DNA of 64,000 bases from Candidatus Latescibacterota bacterium (GCA_965198115.1 OZ240241.1:8224001-8288000); one strand, 5' to 3'. Numbered from the stretch's first letter, positions 41,579 through 52,409 are shown. Translations and numbers: made by a program. Notes: generated from the sequence alone by a model not told the origin.

Positions 41579-42588
41579 TCGCGGCGCTTCTGGCAACGGC
41601 GTTCGCGGCCTGTGGGTGCACGTACATCGCGATGCGATGGCTGCCCCGGTTCGGCTTCGTGGATGTGCCGAACGAGCGAAGCTCCCACGAAAAGCCGACG
41701 GCGACGTTGGGAGGATCCGGTCTTGTGCTCGGCTTTCTGGCGGGCTGTGTGGTCTATGCCGAGGGCGCCGGCGAGATGGCCTGGGAAACGTGGGGCCTGA
41801 TTGCTCTGGGTTGCATCCTTGCCGTGTTCGCGTGGGACGAACTCAGACCCATGGGTCGTCTGCTGAAGCTTGCCGTCCAGGCTATCGCAGCCGTTCTCCT
41901 GCTGACGTTGCTCGGCCCCCTCGACCGATTGACCCTGCCCGCGGTAGGCCCCGTGCCGATGGGGAGTTGGGGCGGTCTTGTGACGTTGTGTCTCTACGTC
42001 GCGATTCAGAATTTCTACAATTTCATGGATGGGATCGACGGTTTGGCGGGAACGGAGGGATTCCTGGCCGCCGGTGCGTTTGCCGTGCTTCTTTCAATGG
42101 TCGACTCGGTTTTTACACCCCTTCCCGCGCTGCTGGCTGCGGCTTCACTCGGCTTTCTGGTCTGGAATCTGCCGGCTGCCAGAATCTTCTTGGGGGACAT
42201 GGGGGGTCACTTTCTCGGACTGATGTTGACGGGTTTCGTCGTTGTCGGTGAGCGTGCGGGCGTTGCGGGTTGGCTCGGTCTGGCGGTTCTGGGTGCGTTC
42301 CTGTTCGATGCCATCTACACCATCGTGCGTCGGGCGTTGAAGGGCGAGAACATCACGGAGGCGCATCGGTTCCACCTGTATCAGCGACTCGTGCGATCGG
42401 GGTGGGCGCATATGGCTGTCGTGGTTGTTTACGGAGTCCATACGGTTGCGTTGGGTGGAGGTGCGATTCTCGTGGTTGCGGGCCATCAACCGTGGGGTCA
42501 CGGTTTGATAGCTGCAGCCTTTCTTTCGATGGCGGTGGGTACAGTTCTGATCGAGCGACGTTGGACGCGGGAGGGCGAAACGACGTGA
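41575..42588 (+). CDS. Undecaprenyl-phosphate HexNAc-1-phosphate transferase (WecA/WbpL, MraY family)
   Basis: DVPNERSSH..PT...GG, NFYNFMDGIDGLA, IFLGDMG, AHRFHLYQRL. Confidence 0.9.
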   Translation: MIAALLATAFAACGCTYIAMRWLPRFGFVDVPNERSSHEKPTATLGGSGLVLGFLAGCVVYAEGAGEMAWETWGLIALGCILAVFAWDELRPMGRLLKLAVQAIAAVLLLTLLGPLDRLTLPAVGPVPMGSWGGLVTLCLYVAIQNFYNFMDGIDGLAGTEGFLAAGAFAVLLSMVDSVFTPLPALLAAASLGFLVWNLPAARIFLGDMGGHFLGLMLTGFVVVGERAGVAGWLGLAVLGAFLFDAIYTIVRRALKGENITEAHRFHLYQRLVRSGWAHMAVVVVYGVHTVALGGGAILVVAGHQPWGHGLIAAAFLSMAVGTVLIERRWTREGETT

Positions 42589-43844
42589 ACACGTTGCACC
42601 TGGAGCGTGTCCTGGGATGGCGCTACGTACGGGCTGTCCGAGGTCATCGGCGTCTGCGGTTCGGTGCGGTCGTCGCCGCACTCGGTGTGGCGATCGGCGT
42701 TGCCGCGCTCGTCATCGTCCTTTCCGTGATGAACGGGTATGCCGAAGCGATCAACGACAGGCTGCTGGGCGTGAACGCGCACCTGCTCGTGCGACGTCCG
42801 TACACGGAGCCTTTCGACGACCACGACCGTCTTGCGGCCAGGATTGCGGGCAACGAGCACGTCGTTTCAGTCGAGCCGTTCGCACAGGCGGAGGGGTTCG
42901 TCCTGCACAAACCGGAGGGAGAAGAGCTGAAGCGGTCGGGTCTGCTCGCGCGTGCGATGACCGGTCGAGCGCTCCGCGCCACGATCGATATCGAGCGATA
43001 CCTGATCGCAGGCGACGGCCAGGTCGAGACGCAACGTCAGCCCGGCGTCTACGGAGCGGTTATCGGACGCCATCTCGCGGATCGCCTCAAGGCTCGCGTC
43101 GACGACGAGATTCACGTGAGCACGATGCCGAAGGATCTGCTCTTGGGGCGCGTACCTCCGCTTCGACGGTATCGTGTGACTGGAATTTTTGCGACGGGAT
43201 ACTACGAGTTCGACGCCAACCTGGTGTTCGTTCCACTGGCGGCGCTTCAGCGCGATCTCGGCTGGTCGGATCGTGTGTCCGGACTCCGTGTCCGGCTGGC
43301 GGACCCTTTTTCAGCCGAAGCGGCTTCCACATCGATCCGTCCGATTATCGAGGCCGAGGAGTCCGGGTTGTTCGTGACGTCCTGGATTCACGAACACGGG
43401 AACCTCTACGCGTGGATTCGTATGCAGAAGTGGTTTTCGACAATCGCTCTGAGTCTGATCGTGATTGTCGGGGCGTTCAACGTCGTGAGTGTGATGACCG
43501 TCGGAGTGATCGAGCGGAGGGGGGATATCGGCATCCTGAAAGCGATGGGCTGCGAGCCTCGGCGGATATCGCGCGTCTTCACGGTGCAGGGCGTCGCGCT
43601 GGGCATGATCGGGGTCGCGATCGGGTGTGGGTTGGGTGGCTTTCTGTGTTGGGTCCAGGCGACTTACCGGCTGATTCGACTGAGTGGCGATGTCTACATG
43701 ATCGATGCCCTGCCCGTCAAGATGGTGGGGGCAGACTTTGCGATCGTGGCCGCACTCGCTCTGGCGCTCTGTTCCCTCTTCACCCTCTTGCCGGCGCGCG
43801 ACGCGGGGGCGCTGACACCGGTGGAAGCCCTGCGAACGGGATGA
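42585..43844 (+). CDS. LolC/LolE-type (FtsX-like) ABC permease
   Basis: GVAIGVAALVIVLSVMNG, GIF.TGYYEFD, IGILKAMG, VYMIDALPV, L.PVEALR. Confidence 0.85.
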   Translation: MNTLHLERVLGWRYVRAVRGHRRLRFGAVVAALGVAIGVAALVIVLSVMNGYAEAINDRLLGVNAHLLVRRPYTEPFDDHDRLAARIAGNEHVVSVEPFAQAEGFVLHKPEGEELKRSGLLARAMTGRALRATIDIERYLIAGDGQVETQRQPGVYGAVIGRHLADRLKARVDDEIHVSTMPKDLLLGRVPPLRRYRVTGIFATGYYEFDANLVFVPLAALQRDLGWSDRVSGLRVRLADPFSAEAASTSIRPIIEAEESGLFVTSWIHEHGNLYAWIRMQKWFSTIALSLIVIVGAFNVVSVMTVGVIERRGDIGILKAMGCEPRRISRVFTVQGVALGMIGVAIGCGLGGFLCWVQATYRLIRLSGDVYMIDALPVKMVGADFAIVAALALALCSLFTLLPARDAGALTPVEALRTG

Positions 43845-45085
43845 TGACGTTCGAGCGATTCGTGGCCGGGCGTCAGAGCCGGGCCTTGCGTAAGCGACGA
43901 CGCGTGTCCATCACGTCGCGCATCGCGAGTTTCGGTGTGGGTGTGGGTGTGGCCGCTTCGATCGTGGTCCTGTCGGTGATGAACGGTTTCTCCGGTCTGC
44001 TCTGGGAACGTCTCCTGGCTCTGAATCCACACGTCGTGATTCGGAGTCCCGATTTCACGCCGTTCACCCCGGCGCCCGACCTGGCGGATCGTCTTCGGAT
44101 CACCCGCGATGTCGAAGGTGTCGCACGTTTCGTGTCGAGTCAGGGTTTTCTGATGCGTCGGGGGGCCGCAGGGACGTATCAGGCGGGCGCACGCGTCCTG
44201 GCCGTCGAAGCCGAGGGTCTGGAGGCCACGAGCGACCTGGCGCGTTTTCTCTGGGCAGGCGAGCTCGATCTGGGGCCTCAGCCCTCGGAGAACGGTACCC
44301 GCTATGGTGTGATCCTGGGAAGCTATCTGGCCGATCGACTGGGTGCGACGGTCGGATCGGAAGTTCGGCTGGCCTTTCCGCCTCAGGAAATCGGGACAGG
44401 GAAGACGCCTGCTGTGAGACGCTACGTGGTGACGGGGATTTTCAGCACCGGGTATGCGGAGTTCGACGGTGGTCTTTCGGTCGTCTCATTAGCGGCGGCC
44501 AGCAGAGATCTGTTGACGGACGGGGCTGTCGAAGGTTTCCGTGTCCGGCTGTCCGAGCCCCTGGGCGCGGACACGGCCGCCAGGCGACTGCAGACAGATC
44601 TCCCATCCGATCTGATCGCCTCACCGTGGATGGCCGAGCACGGCAGTCTGTATTCGTCGATCCAGCTGGAGAAGTGGTCGTTCTACCTGGGTCTGACGCT
44701 GATCGTCGTGATCGCGGGGTTCAGCATCATCAGCATCGTGTCCCTGAACGTCGCGGAGCAGCGGAAGGAGATCGGGATTTTGAAGGCGATGGGGACGAAC
44801 GGCCGGTCGATCACGCGTATTTTCGCCCTGGCGGGGCTGCGCATGGGGGCTGTGGGCGTCGTGGGCGGGGGTCTCGTCGGGGTGGCCGTCTGCTTCGTGC
44901 AGATCGTGTTCGAGCCTCTGAGTCTGCCGGGTGATCTGTTCATCGTGAACGCCCTTCCTGTCGAGCTCCGATTCTTCGACATTTTCGTTGTAACGGGTGT
45001 TGCGCTTCTGCTGTGTCTGGTGTTCGCCGTCGTTCCCGCCCGGAGCGCAGCCGGTCTCGATCCGGTCGAGACGCTCCGCACCTGA
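43841..45085 (+). CDS. LolC/LolE-type (FtsX-like) ABC permease, second copy
   Basis: GVGVGVAASIVVLSVMNGF, EIGILKAMG, PARSAAGLDPVETLR. Confidence 0.85.
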   Translation: MMTFERFVAGRQSRALRKRRRVSITSRIASFGVGVGVAASIVVLSVMNGFSGLLWERLLALNPHVVIRSPDFTPFTPAPDLADRLRITRDVEGVARFVSSQGFLMRRGAAGTYQAGARVLAVEAEGLEATSDLARFLWAGELDLGPQPSENGTRYGVILGSYLADRLGATVGSEVRLAFPPQEIGTGKTPAVRRYVVTGIFSTGYAEFDGGLSVVSLAAASRDLLTDGAVEGFRVRLSEPLGADTAARRLQTDLPSDLIASPWMAEHGSLYSSIQLEKWSFYLGLTLIVVIAGFSIISIVSLNVAEQRKEIGILKAMGTNGRSITRIFALAGLRMGAVGVVGGGLVGVAVCFVQIVFEPLSLPGDLFIVNALPVELRFFDIFVVTGVALLLCLVFAVVPARSAAGLDPVETLRT

Positions 45086-47494
45086 TGTCGACGAACCGGT
45101 TGTGTGTCCGAGCCCTGGTAGTCGGGCTGTCGCTGACAGTATGGTTCTCCGAAGCGCTTGCCCGCCCCCCGCACGAATCAGTCAACGTTCTCCTGATCAC
45201 AGTAGATACATTCAGGCCCGATCGATTGAGTGCCTACGGGCATACACGCGCTACGAGTCCCTACCTGGATTCTCTGGCGGCAGACGGTGCATTGTTCGAG
45301 CAGGCCGTCTCTTCATCCTCCTGGACGTCGCCCGGACTGTTGTCGGTGTTGACGGGTCAGTGGGCACCCACACACGGAGTGGATGTGAGGGGAAAACGAC
45401 TCGCGCCCGATACGCCGACCTTCGCGACGGAGCTTTCCCGGGCCGGGCATGCAGTTCCCGACATTCTCTATCTTTCCTCGATTCCGAATCTGAACGGAAT
45501 CGGTTTGGAGCGGAGCTACGCCGACCGCGATACGTACCTACCGGAGGGCGACCAGGTCCTGTTCAAAGCGCTGGAAGCCCATCGCGACGTTCCGTTCTTC
45601 ATCTACTACCACTATCGAAACCTTCACCTTCCGTTCAATCCTTCGCCTCCCTTCGCGACGCTCTACATGGCTGATGCCCTGGGCGACGGGTTCGTGAATC
45701 AGCGGGCGAACATCGTCCGGAAGGACGTGACGATTCCTGAGGGCTCGCTGCGGTTCAGTCCGGGCGATTCTGGTTGGGTTCGTGCGCTCTATGACGGGCA
45801 GATTCGCGAGATGGACGAGACTTTCATCCGTCCTCTCGTTTCGACGCTCGAGCGATTGGATCTCTACAACCGGACGCTGGTGATTATCACTGCCGATCAC
45901 GGTGAGGAACTCCTCGATCACGGTTTCGTGGGTCATCCTTCGACCTCGTTCAAGGGCTCGGCCTACGACGAAGTGGTCCGAATTCCTTTGATCATATCCT
46001 GTCCGGATCTCATTCCACCGCGGACCCGTGTTTCGATGCAGGTCAGGAACGTCGATGTTCTGCCGACCGCGCTCGACCTGTTGGGACTGTCGATTCCGGA
46101 ATCGGTTCAGGGTCGTTCGCTCGAGCCCGCGCTGATGGGGCAAACGATGACCGAGTTGCCCGCGTTTATCGAGACGACACCGGGCGGGCGGGTATCAGGC
46201 GACGACCGACATGCTGAAGACGCGCGTTCGGGCGATGCGGACGTCGGCGTGGAAACTGATTCATACGCTTGGACCCCGGACGGATGCCTACGAGTTGTAC
46301 AATTTGGTGAGAGATCCATCCGAACGGATCGACGTCTATGCCGACCGCGAAGATGTGGCGCGCGGAATGCGGTCGGCGTTGCACGGTTGGGTGCTGCGTT
46401 CAACGGCGGCCAGACCGGATGACCGAGCGCCAAAGATCTCCGAGTCGGCCCATTCTGGGCCTCTCACGATTCTGCTTCCGGCCGACGGCGACACGTTGCG
46501 CTACGCCGAATCCAAAGAGGTGACCGTTCGGTGGACGGGGATCGCGGGATCGCCGTATCGGATCGAGTACGATGTGGGCGAGGGGGCGTATGACCTGGAC
46601 GGGTCCCTCGACGCGTCGGGAGGTGTTTCTCGCCACGGCCCTTTTACGGAGGAAATGTGGAACATGCTGGCGCTCTACAACCCCTTCACCTTTCGAGTGG
46701 TGGGGCCGATGGGGCAGACCAGTGCCTGGGTCTCCTTCCGGATCGCGGCCACGAGAGAGGGGGCGCCTTCGTGGACGAGTCGCATCGCGACGGCGGCGAC
46801 CTTGGGTTGGGGAGAGGCGAGGATCCTGGCTGAGGGACTGGGTCTGGCGACGGTCGAACTCGGACGGATCGTTGGCCGGATCCCGGTCGCCGACGCGCTC
46901 GGATATGGTCTGATCATTGCACTGGCCGCCAGCCTGGTAAGCCCGCTGCTGCGTGGTGTCGACCCCGAGCGGTTGCGGGCCTGGGCGGCCGTCGCTGGTT
47001 ACACGATGTTCATCTATGCGACGCTGGGTGTGATGCCCGAGGTCTGGGGGGCGCTGACCCGATACACGCAGGGGCGGATCGATTACGGCGGCTCACTGGC
47101 GGTCTTGATCGGGGCGGCTACCGTTATAGCGATGACCCTTCGTCGGGGGGCGGGCTGGCGCAGCTATGCCGCCCTGGTGCCGCTCTCCGGTGCCTATGCG
47201 TATCTGCTTACGGAACTGAACACCTTGCCGGCCGAACGGTTTCATCTCGCCGAATACGGGGTGTTGAGTCTATTCGCCTTCAGAGCACTCAGCGTGGATA
47301 AGGGTCTGGCCGCTTCGTGTCTGATCGGATGGGGGATCGCGAGCGCGGCAGGAACGGTCGACGAGGCGATTCAATGGATTCTGCCCAATCGCGTGTTCGA
47401 GTGGAAGGATGTGGGACTGAACGCTCTGTCGAGTGCGCTGGCGATGGGCATCATCGCGGTCGTGGCGACATCGGGGAACCGGGAGAATGCGTAG
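45085..47494 (+). CDS. Sulfatase/alkaline-phosphatase-superfamily domain fused to TM region and C-terminal VanZ-like domain; frameshift at ~46185
   Basis: NVLLITVDTFRPDRL, SSWTSP, HLPF, YDGQI..MD, TADHGEE; continues in ORF 46211..47494 with ELYNL..DP.E, then ERFHLAEYG...DEAIQ...PNRVFEWKDV..N. Confidence 0.7.
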
Positions 47495-49126
47495 ACACTT
47501 CGTGGTCGCACTCTGTGTGGTCCTCACGTCTTCGTGTCGGACGGCCGCGCCGCTCTCCGAACCGGTCGTGGATCTGAATGCCCTGCTTGCCGTGCTCGGT
47601 CTCACGCCGGACGATGTGACGCTCCGGGGAGACTATGTCGCGGATCCGGATCGGTTGAGTTTGAACACTCGGCTTTTGTCACGCCCACTGGATGCCGAGG
47701 AGGAGGTCCAACGGGTTGCCGCCCAATTGCGGATGTCGATTGGAGGAGCCCTGCGTCTGTCACACGAGACCTTGGTTTTCGATGGGCTTCCCCTGGAAAC
47801 GGGCGAACCTCTTTCCCTCCTTGAGGCGCTCGATTTGGCCTACCGGTCCGTGTCGGGTGGGAGCCCCGGCAGCGACCTGTTCTCGATCGTTCATCCGGAC
47901 AGTGGCCTGACTCAGCCGATGCTGGATCGACTGCTCGCCGAGGGTCGATCGATCGATCTCTCCGCCGTCGTGGAGGTTGCCTGCGTGGTCGTCGATGCTC
48001 TGGCACCGATGCCATCCGTCGATCGTGTCGGCGCAGCGGGGATGGATGTGATCGTGGGGACGACGGGAAGGGATACCTTTCGCACCCCCGCGCGGTTGAT
48101 CGTCGATCCGGGTGGTGACGACGTCTACGTCAATGCCGGTGTGTCCTCGTGGGCAAGCCGGTTCAGGTGGTGGTCGATCTGGGGGGAGACGACCTCTACC
48201 GGGGCGAAACGGCAGTTGCGCGCGGGGGTGTCGCGGTCGTGGTCGACTATGCCGGGAACGATCGGTATGAAGCGATTGGGCACGGGCAGGGCGTGGGTAT
48301 CGGTGGTGTGGGTGTCCTGTGGGATAGGATGGGGGACGATGTTTACCGCGCGGGACCTGGTGCTCAGGGGTTTGGTGTATTCGGGGTTGGTATTTTAGTC
48401 GACGAGGCGGGCGAGGATCGATACGACGCCGAGTATCTCGCGCAGGGTGCGGCGGGTCCGGGTGCGGTTGGCGTTCTGATGGATGTCGAAGGGGACGATC
48501 GCTATTGAGCAGGAGGCCGATTCAAAGATTTCAGGGAAGACGGCCAGTTCTACCAGAGCATGTCGCAGGGCTTTTCACGTGGTCTTCGCTACAACGCGTC
48601 GGGAGGTCTGGGCGTTCTCTACGACCAATCCGGGTCGGACACGTATGACATCGAATATTTCGGTCAGGGCGCAGCATACTGGGGAGGCGTCGGGGCGTTG
48701 ATCGACGGGTCGGGCAACGATCGGTATTGAGCTCGGCGTTACGCGCAAGGCGCGGGCACCCACATTGCGGCCGGTGTACTTGCTGACGAATCCGGGGACG
48801 ACCTATATTCGATCGACGGCGTCGGACAGGGATGCGGACACAACCTGAGCGTGGGTGTGCTGCTCGATGCGGCGGGGAACGACACTTTCCGAGGTCGGTA
48901 TCTCTGTCAGGGGGTGGGGAACGCGAATGGAATCGGTCTCCTTCGAGATGGAGCAGGGAACGACACGTATCGCGCGTCGGGTGACGACACGCAGGGCCAC
49001 GGGCATCGTTTCAGGTCATACGGCAGCATCGGGGTGTTGTCTGACGGCGGGGGGATTGACACTTATGACAGGGGCGAAGAGCGGTCGGTCTGGGTATCGG
49101 GCACCGGTGGTGGAGTCGATCGATGA
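47487..49126 (+). CDS. Lipoprotein with about 10 Gly/Asp-rich G.L.D..G.D.Y repeats; one frameshift (~48150) and two in-frame TGA (48506, 48728)
   Basis: Lipobox LTSS-C; repeats IVDPGGDDVY, VVDLGGDDLY, VVDYAGNDRY, LWDRMGDDVY, LVDEAGEDRY, LMDVEGDDRY, LYDQSGSDTY, LIDGSGNDRY, LADESGDDLY, LLDAAGNDTF, LRDGAGNDTY. Confidence 0.75.
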
Positions 49127-49965
49127 TGCTTCCCCAAACCACGTTCGTTCTTCTGCTGTCGATCCTCGGTGGGGTCGACGACGACGCGCGTGAGGCGGAG
49201 GTGGCGAGGCTGAGTGCAGAAGGTGCGAGCGCGATTCCGACGCTGACACGGGTGCTCGATGTCGGGCGCTGGCGGGCCCGGGCGGCCGCGGTCGACGGGC
49301 TGGCGCGTGTGGGGGAGCCGGCGATTCCGACGTTGATGAACGTCGTGAGACGTCACGCGCAGGTCGATGCGAGGCGGCTGGCGATCCTGGCGTTGGGGCG
49401 CCTGCTCGAGGCGTCGGCACCCGACAGTCTGATGCTTTTTTCGGAAACGTCGGATCGAGGGAGTGTGGTCACCGCGCTCGGGTGGGCTGGGTGCGAGCCT
49501 CCCGTGATTCGGCCATTTTTTCACGATGACGCGCCCGACGTGCGAAGACGCGCGGTCGAGGCCTACGCGAAGGCGATTGCCGCCCACCCCGGTCCGGGTG
49601 GGATCGACCCTCTTGTCGACCTTCTTGCGGACTCCCATCACATGGTCAGAGAGACGTCAGCCGCAGCGCTGGTCGAATCGGGTCCGAATGGGCCGAATCG
49701 TCTGTTAACCGCTTTGCGATCCCTGCGACCATCCTTTCGGGTTTCCGCCGTGCGGGCTCTGAACGGTCACTTGAAGGACGATCTGATCGAACCGCTGGTG
49801 GAACACGCGGAGTCCGTGCCCTGGACGGAGCAGGTTGCCGTGGTGGGCATCCTGAGCGGAACCGCGCCGGGTCGTGCGGCGCTGGCCGGTCTGGATGCGT
49901 CGTCTTTCCATCCGGTGGTGAGGTCTCGTATCGAACGCGCGCTGGAGGCAGACGGTGGCGATTGA
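49123..49965 (+). CDS. HEAT/PBS-lyase repeat protein
   Basis: AIPTL...L, RAAAVDGLARVG..AIP.L, VRRRAVEA, VRETSAAAL repeats. Confidence 0.75.
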   Translation: MMLPQTTFVLLLSILGGVDDDAREAEVARLSAEGASAIPTLTRVLDVGRWRARAAAVDGLARVGEPAIPTLMNVVRRHAQVDARRLAILALGRLLEASAPDSLMLFSETSDRGSVVTALGWAGCEPPVIRPFFHDDAPDVRRRAVEAYAKAIAAHPGPGGIDPLVDLLADSHHMVRETSAAALVESGPNGPNRLLTALRSLRPSFRVSAVRALNGHLKDDLIEPLVEHAESVPWTEQVAVVGILSGTAPGRAALAGLDASSFHPVVRSRIERALEADGGD

Positions 49966-52186
49966 CACGCCAAGCCCGCCGGACGATCGCTTTTCGCTCG
50001 TGTTGCGTTGTGTGCTCTACGCGCTTCTGACGGGTGTGGCGCTGGTCTATCTGCCGTCACTGAGCGACTACAGCACACCTAAAACGGTTCTCTTTCTGAT
50101 TCTGACTTCGGTGCTGGCCGCAGGCCTGTTGTCGCGAATGGTCCTGCAGGGTGAGGTCTATCTGATCGACACGCCGGTTTACTACACGATTCTCGCCTTC
50201 CTCGCCATCAACTTCATTTCCCTGTTTCAGTCCTACAACATTTACCAGGGCCTGCAGACCCTCTTGGTGTATCTGTTTCAATTCGTGCTGATGGTCGTAA
50301 CGTTTCACCTGGTGACTCACCGAAGGCATCTGATTGAGGTGATCGCCGTCTACGTGATCACGGGCAGCCTGGTCGCGCTCATTGGGTTGCTTCAGCACAA
50401 TGGCGTGTATCACTTCCACCATCCGTGGAACATCGCGGTCGCGACGATCGGCAACACGAACTTCGTGGCAGAATATTACAATGTCGTCTTTCCCCTTTCG
50501 GTCTCGGCCCTGATCGTTGCGCGAAACGGGTGGGTAAAGATCGCGGTGCTGCTCGCGCTGTTCCTGATGACGTGTCATCTGATCGTGCTGGGCAGTCGTG
50601 GCGGCTGGCTGGGCGCGATCGTGATCGGTGCAGTCTTCGGCGGCGCGCTGCTGCTTCGTCACATCGAGAACCGACGGCGTGTGTTCGATACGATCATCGT
50701 GGCCGTGCTTGTCGTTGGACTGACGACGCCGGTTCTGAAGGCATTCGCGACAACCGTCCCGACGGGCGAAGGTCACAATTTGGGTGACCTCGTCGGGACC
50801 TACTGGGACGGTGTGGTCTCACGCAGCGGGGATGCGCTGCGGCTTCACGACGACTCGAGCCGCCAACGGGTGCTTCTTAGGGAAGACACGCTTCGCATGG
50901 TTTTCGAGCGACCTTTCGTGGGTGTGGGTGTGGGGAACTTCGAGGTCAACATCGCTCATTACCTGAGTCGGGAGAGTCTGGAGGTCAAAGCCAGGATGGA
51001 GGAGGAGGCCGATAAGGCCCTCCTGATTTTCAGAGCTCACAACGAGTATCTGGAGACCTGGTCCGAGACGGGCATTCTCGGGATTTTGATTTTTCTGTTT
51101 CTGATCGGTCAGATCCTTCGCGTTTGCTGGCGTCTCGTGATCGATTACGTTCGTGGAGAGCAGGATGAGTTGAGTGTCGGCCTCGCCGCGGCCGTTGCGG
51201 CGACGCTGGCTCACGCTTTTTTCAGTGCCAACTTCCAGAACCCTGCCTCGGCCGTACATTTCTGGGTGGTGGTGGGGCTTATATGGTCTGTCGACCTGTC
51301 AAGGGCGGAGCGCCCCCGCGTGGGGCTCCTCAGCACGGGTGGCGATGCCTTTTCGTTCGGTGTGATCGCAGCCAGCGGTGTGGTGGTGGTGCTGGTCGTC
51401 CTCTACGGATCGATGACCTGGCTCGGAAGTGCACGATTCATGGAGGGTCGGAAATCGTTCCTGCTCAAACGCTACCCGTCGGCGATCGAAGCGCTTCAGC
51501 ACGCGGCCAGCCTGTTGCCCCCACGTCCATTCGCTGCGCACGAATTGATCGGCAAGTCCTGGTATAACCTGGACGACTGGGACGGGGCGATCGCCGCATT
51601 CGAACGAAGCCTGGCTTACCACCCGAACAGCCCTGGCGTTCACTACTTTCTGGGGAGATCGTTGCTGGAGCAGAGCCAAAACGATGAAGCGGTGAGCACG
51701 CTCAAGCGGGCTGTCGAGCTGGATCCGTTCGAAGTCGAGTATCTGGTGGGTTACGGTGCGGCGCTGTCACGTTCGGGTGACGTGCAGGATGCGGTTCGTA
51801 TGTTCGAAAAGGCGCTCCAACTGGACCCGAATTCGTCGGAGACGCTCCACCTCCTGGGTGGCAGCCTCAAGGGGCGTGGCGATTACCCGGGAGCCCGCGA
51901 AGCCTACGAACGCGCACTCCGGCTCGATCCGGACAATGCGGAGATCCTGAACAGTCTGGGCGTGGTGGAGGTCGAAGATCAGGCCTACGACAGAGCGATC
52001 GAGATTTTTGGAGGGTTGTTCGACCGTTTTCCAGACCGTCCCGACTACGGGCTCAACCTGGCGGTCGCATTCTACAGCGCAGGCGATTCGGCACGGTCTC
52101 TGGCGCTGTCGGAGGCGTTGGTGTCCGGGTTCCCGGACTTCGAAGAGGCGAACCTGTTCCGCGAGCGTGTTCTGGGCGTGGAGTGA
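49955..52186 (+). CDS. O-antigen ligase-like + TPR protein (paralog 3)
   Basis: ATIGNTN, GSRGGWLG, GVGVGNF, RAHNEYLETWSETG, then about 7 TPRs. Confidence 0.88.
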   Translation: MAIDTPSPPDDRFSLVLRCVLYALLTGVALVYLPSLSDYSTPKTVLFLILTSVLAAGLLSRMVLQGEVYLIDTPVYYTILAFLAINFISLFQSYNIYQGLQTLLVYLFQFVLMVVTFHLVTHRRHLIEVIAVYVITGSLVALIGLLQHNGVYHFHHPWNIAVATIGNTNFVAEYYNVVFPLSVSALIVARNGWVKIAVLLALFLMTCHLIVLGSRGGWLGAIVIGAVFGGALLLRHIENRRRVFDTIIVAVLVVGLTTPVLKAFATTVPTGEGHNLGDLVGTYWDGVVSRSGDALRLHDDSSRQRVLLREDTLRMVFERPFVGVGVGNFEVNIAHYLSRESLEVKARMEEEADKALLIFRAHNEYLETWSETGILGILIFLFLIGQILRVCWRLVIDYVRGEQDELSVGLAAAVAATLAHAFFSANFQNPASAVHFWVVVGLIWSVDLSRAERPRVGLLSTGGDAFSFGVIAASGVVVVLVVLYGSMTWLGSARFMEGRKSFLLKRYPSAIEALQHAASLLPPRPFAAHELIGKSWYNLDDWDGAIAAFERSLAYHPNSPGVHYFLGRSLLEQSQNDEAVSTLKRAVELDPFEVEYLVGYGAALSRSGDVQDAVRMFEKALQLDPNSSETLHLLGGSLKGRGDYPGAREAYERALRLDPDNAEILNSLGVVEVEDQAYDRAIEIFGGLFDRFPDRPDYGLNLAVAFYSAGDSARSLALSEALVSGFPDFEEANLFRERVLGVE

Positions 52187-52347
52187 GTGTCGTGTATCCC
52201 GAGGACCCGCGAACCGGGCGTGAGAAGCGACGTACAACTTTCAAAGAGCAAGTGCTGCTTGTACTGATGGCCGTTGGAATCGCTGTTGCCGTGACGGGAC
52301 TGGCGGGGGCGTTTTTGTATATGGCCAGGGTAATGAGGGGGCCGTAG
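52183..52347 (+). CDS. Small (54 aa) single-TM protein not in the ORF track
   Basis: GTG overlaps the upstream TGA (GTGA); MSVVYPEDPRTGREKRRTTFKEQVLLVLMAVGIAVAVTGLAGAFLYMARVMRGP*. Confidence 0.5.
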   Translation: MSVVYPEDPRTGREKRRTTFKEQVLLVLMAVGIAVAVTGLAGAFLYMARVMRGP

Positions 52348-52409
52348 GGTCTATTACCGAAGGTCATAAACCGGTTTCAGATGTCAGGAAAAAAACCGTG
52401 TGTTCGTTG

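Noticed and set aside
42617-43840. 822-aa ORF as a giant fused permease
   Set aside because: The N-terminal half is an off-frame shadow of the first lolC/E gene; the real start is ATG 43841.
48050-49100. CRISPR-like or DNA tandem repeat
   Set aside because: Repetition is at protein level with degenerate codons; no identical direct repeats with spacers anywhere in the window.
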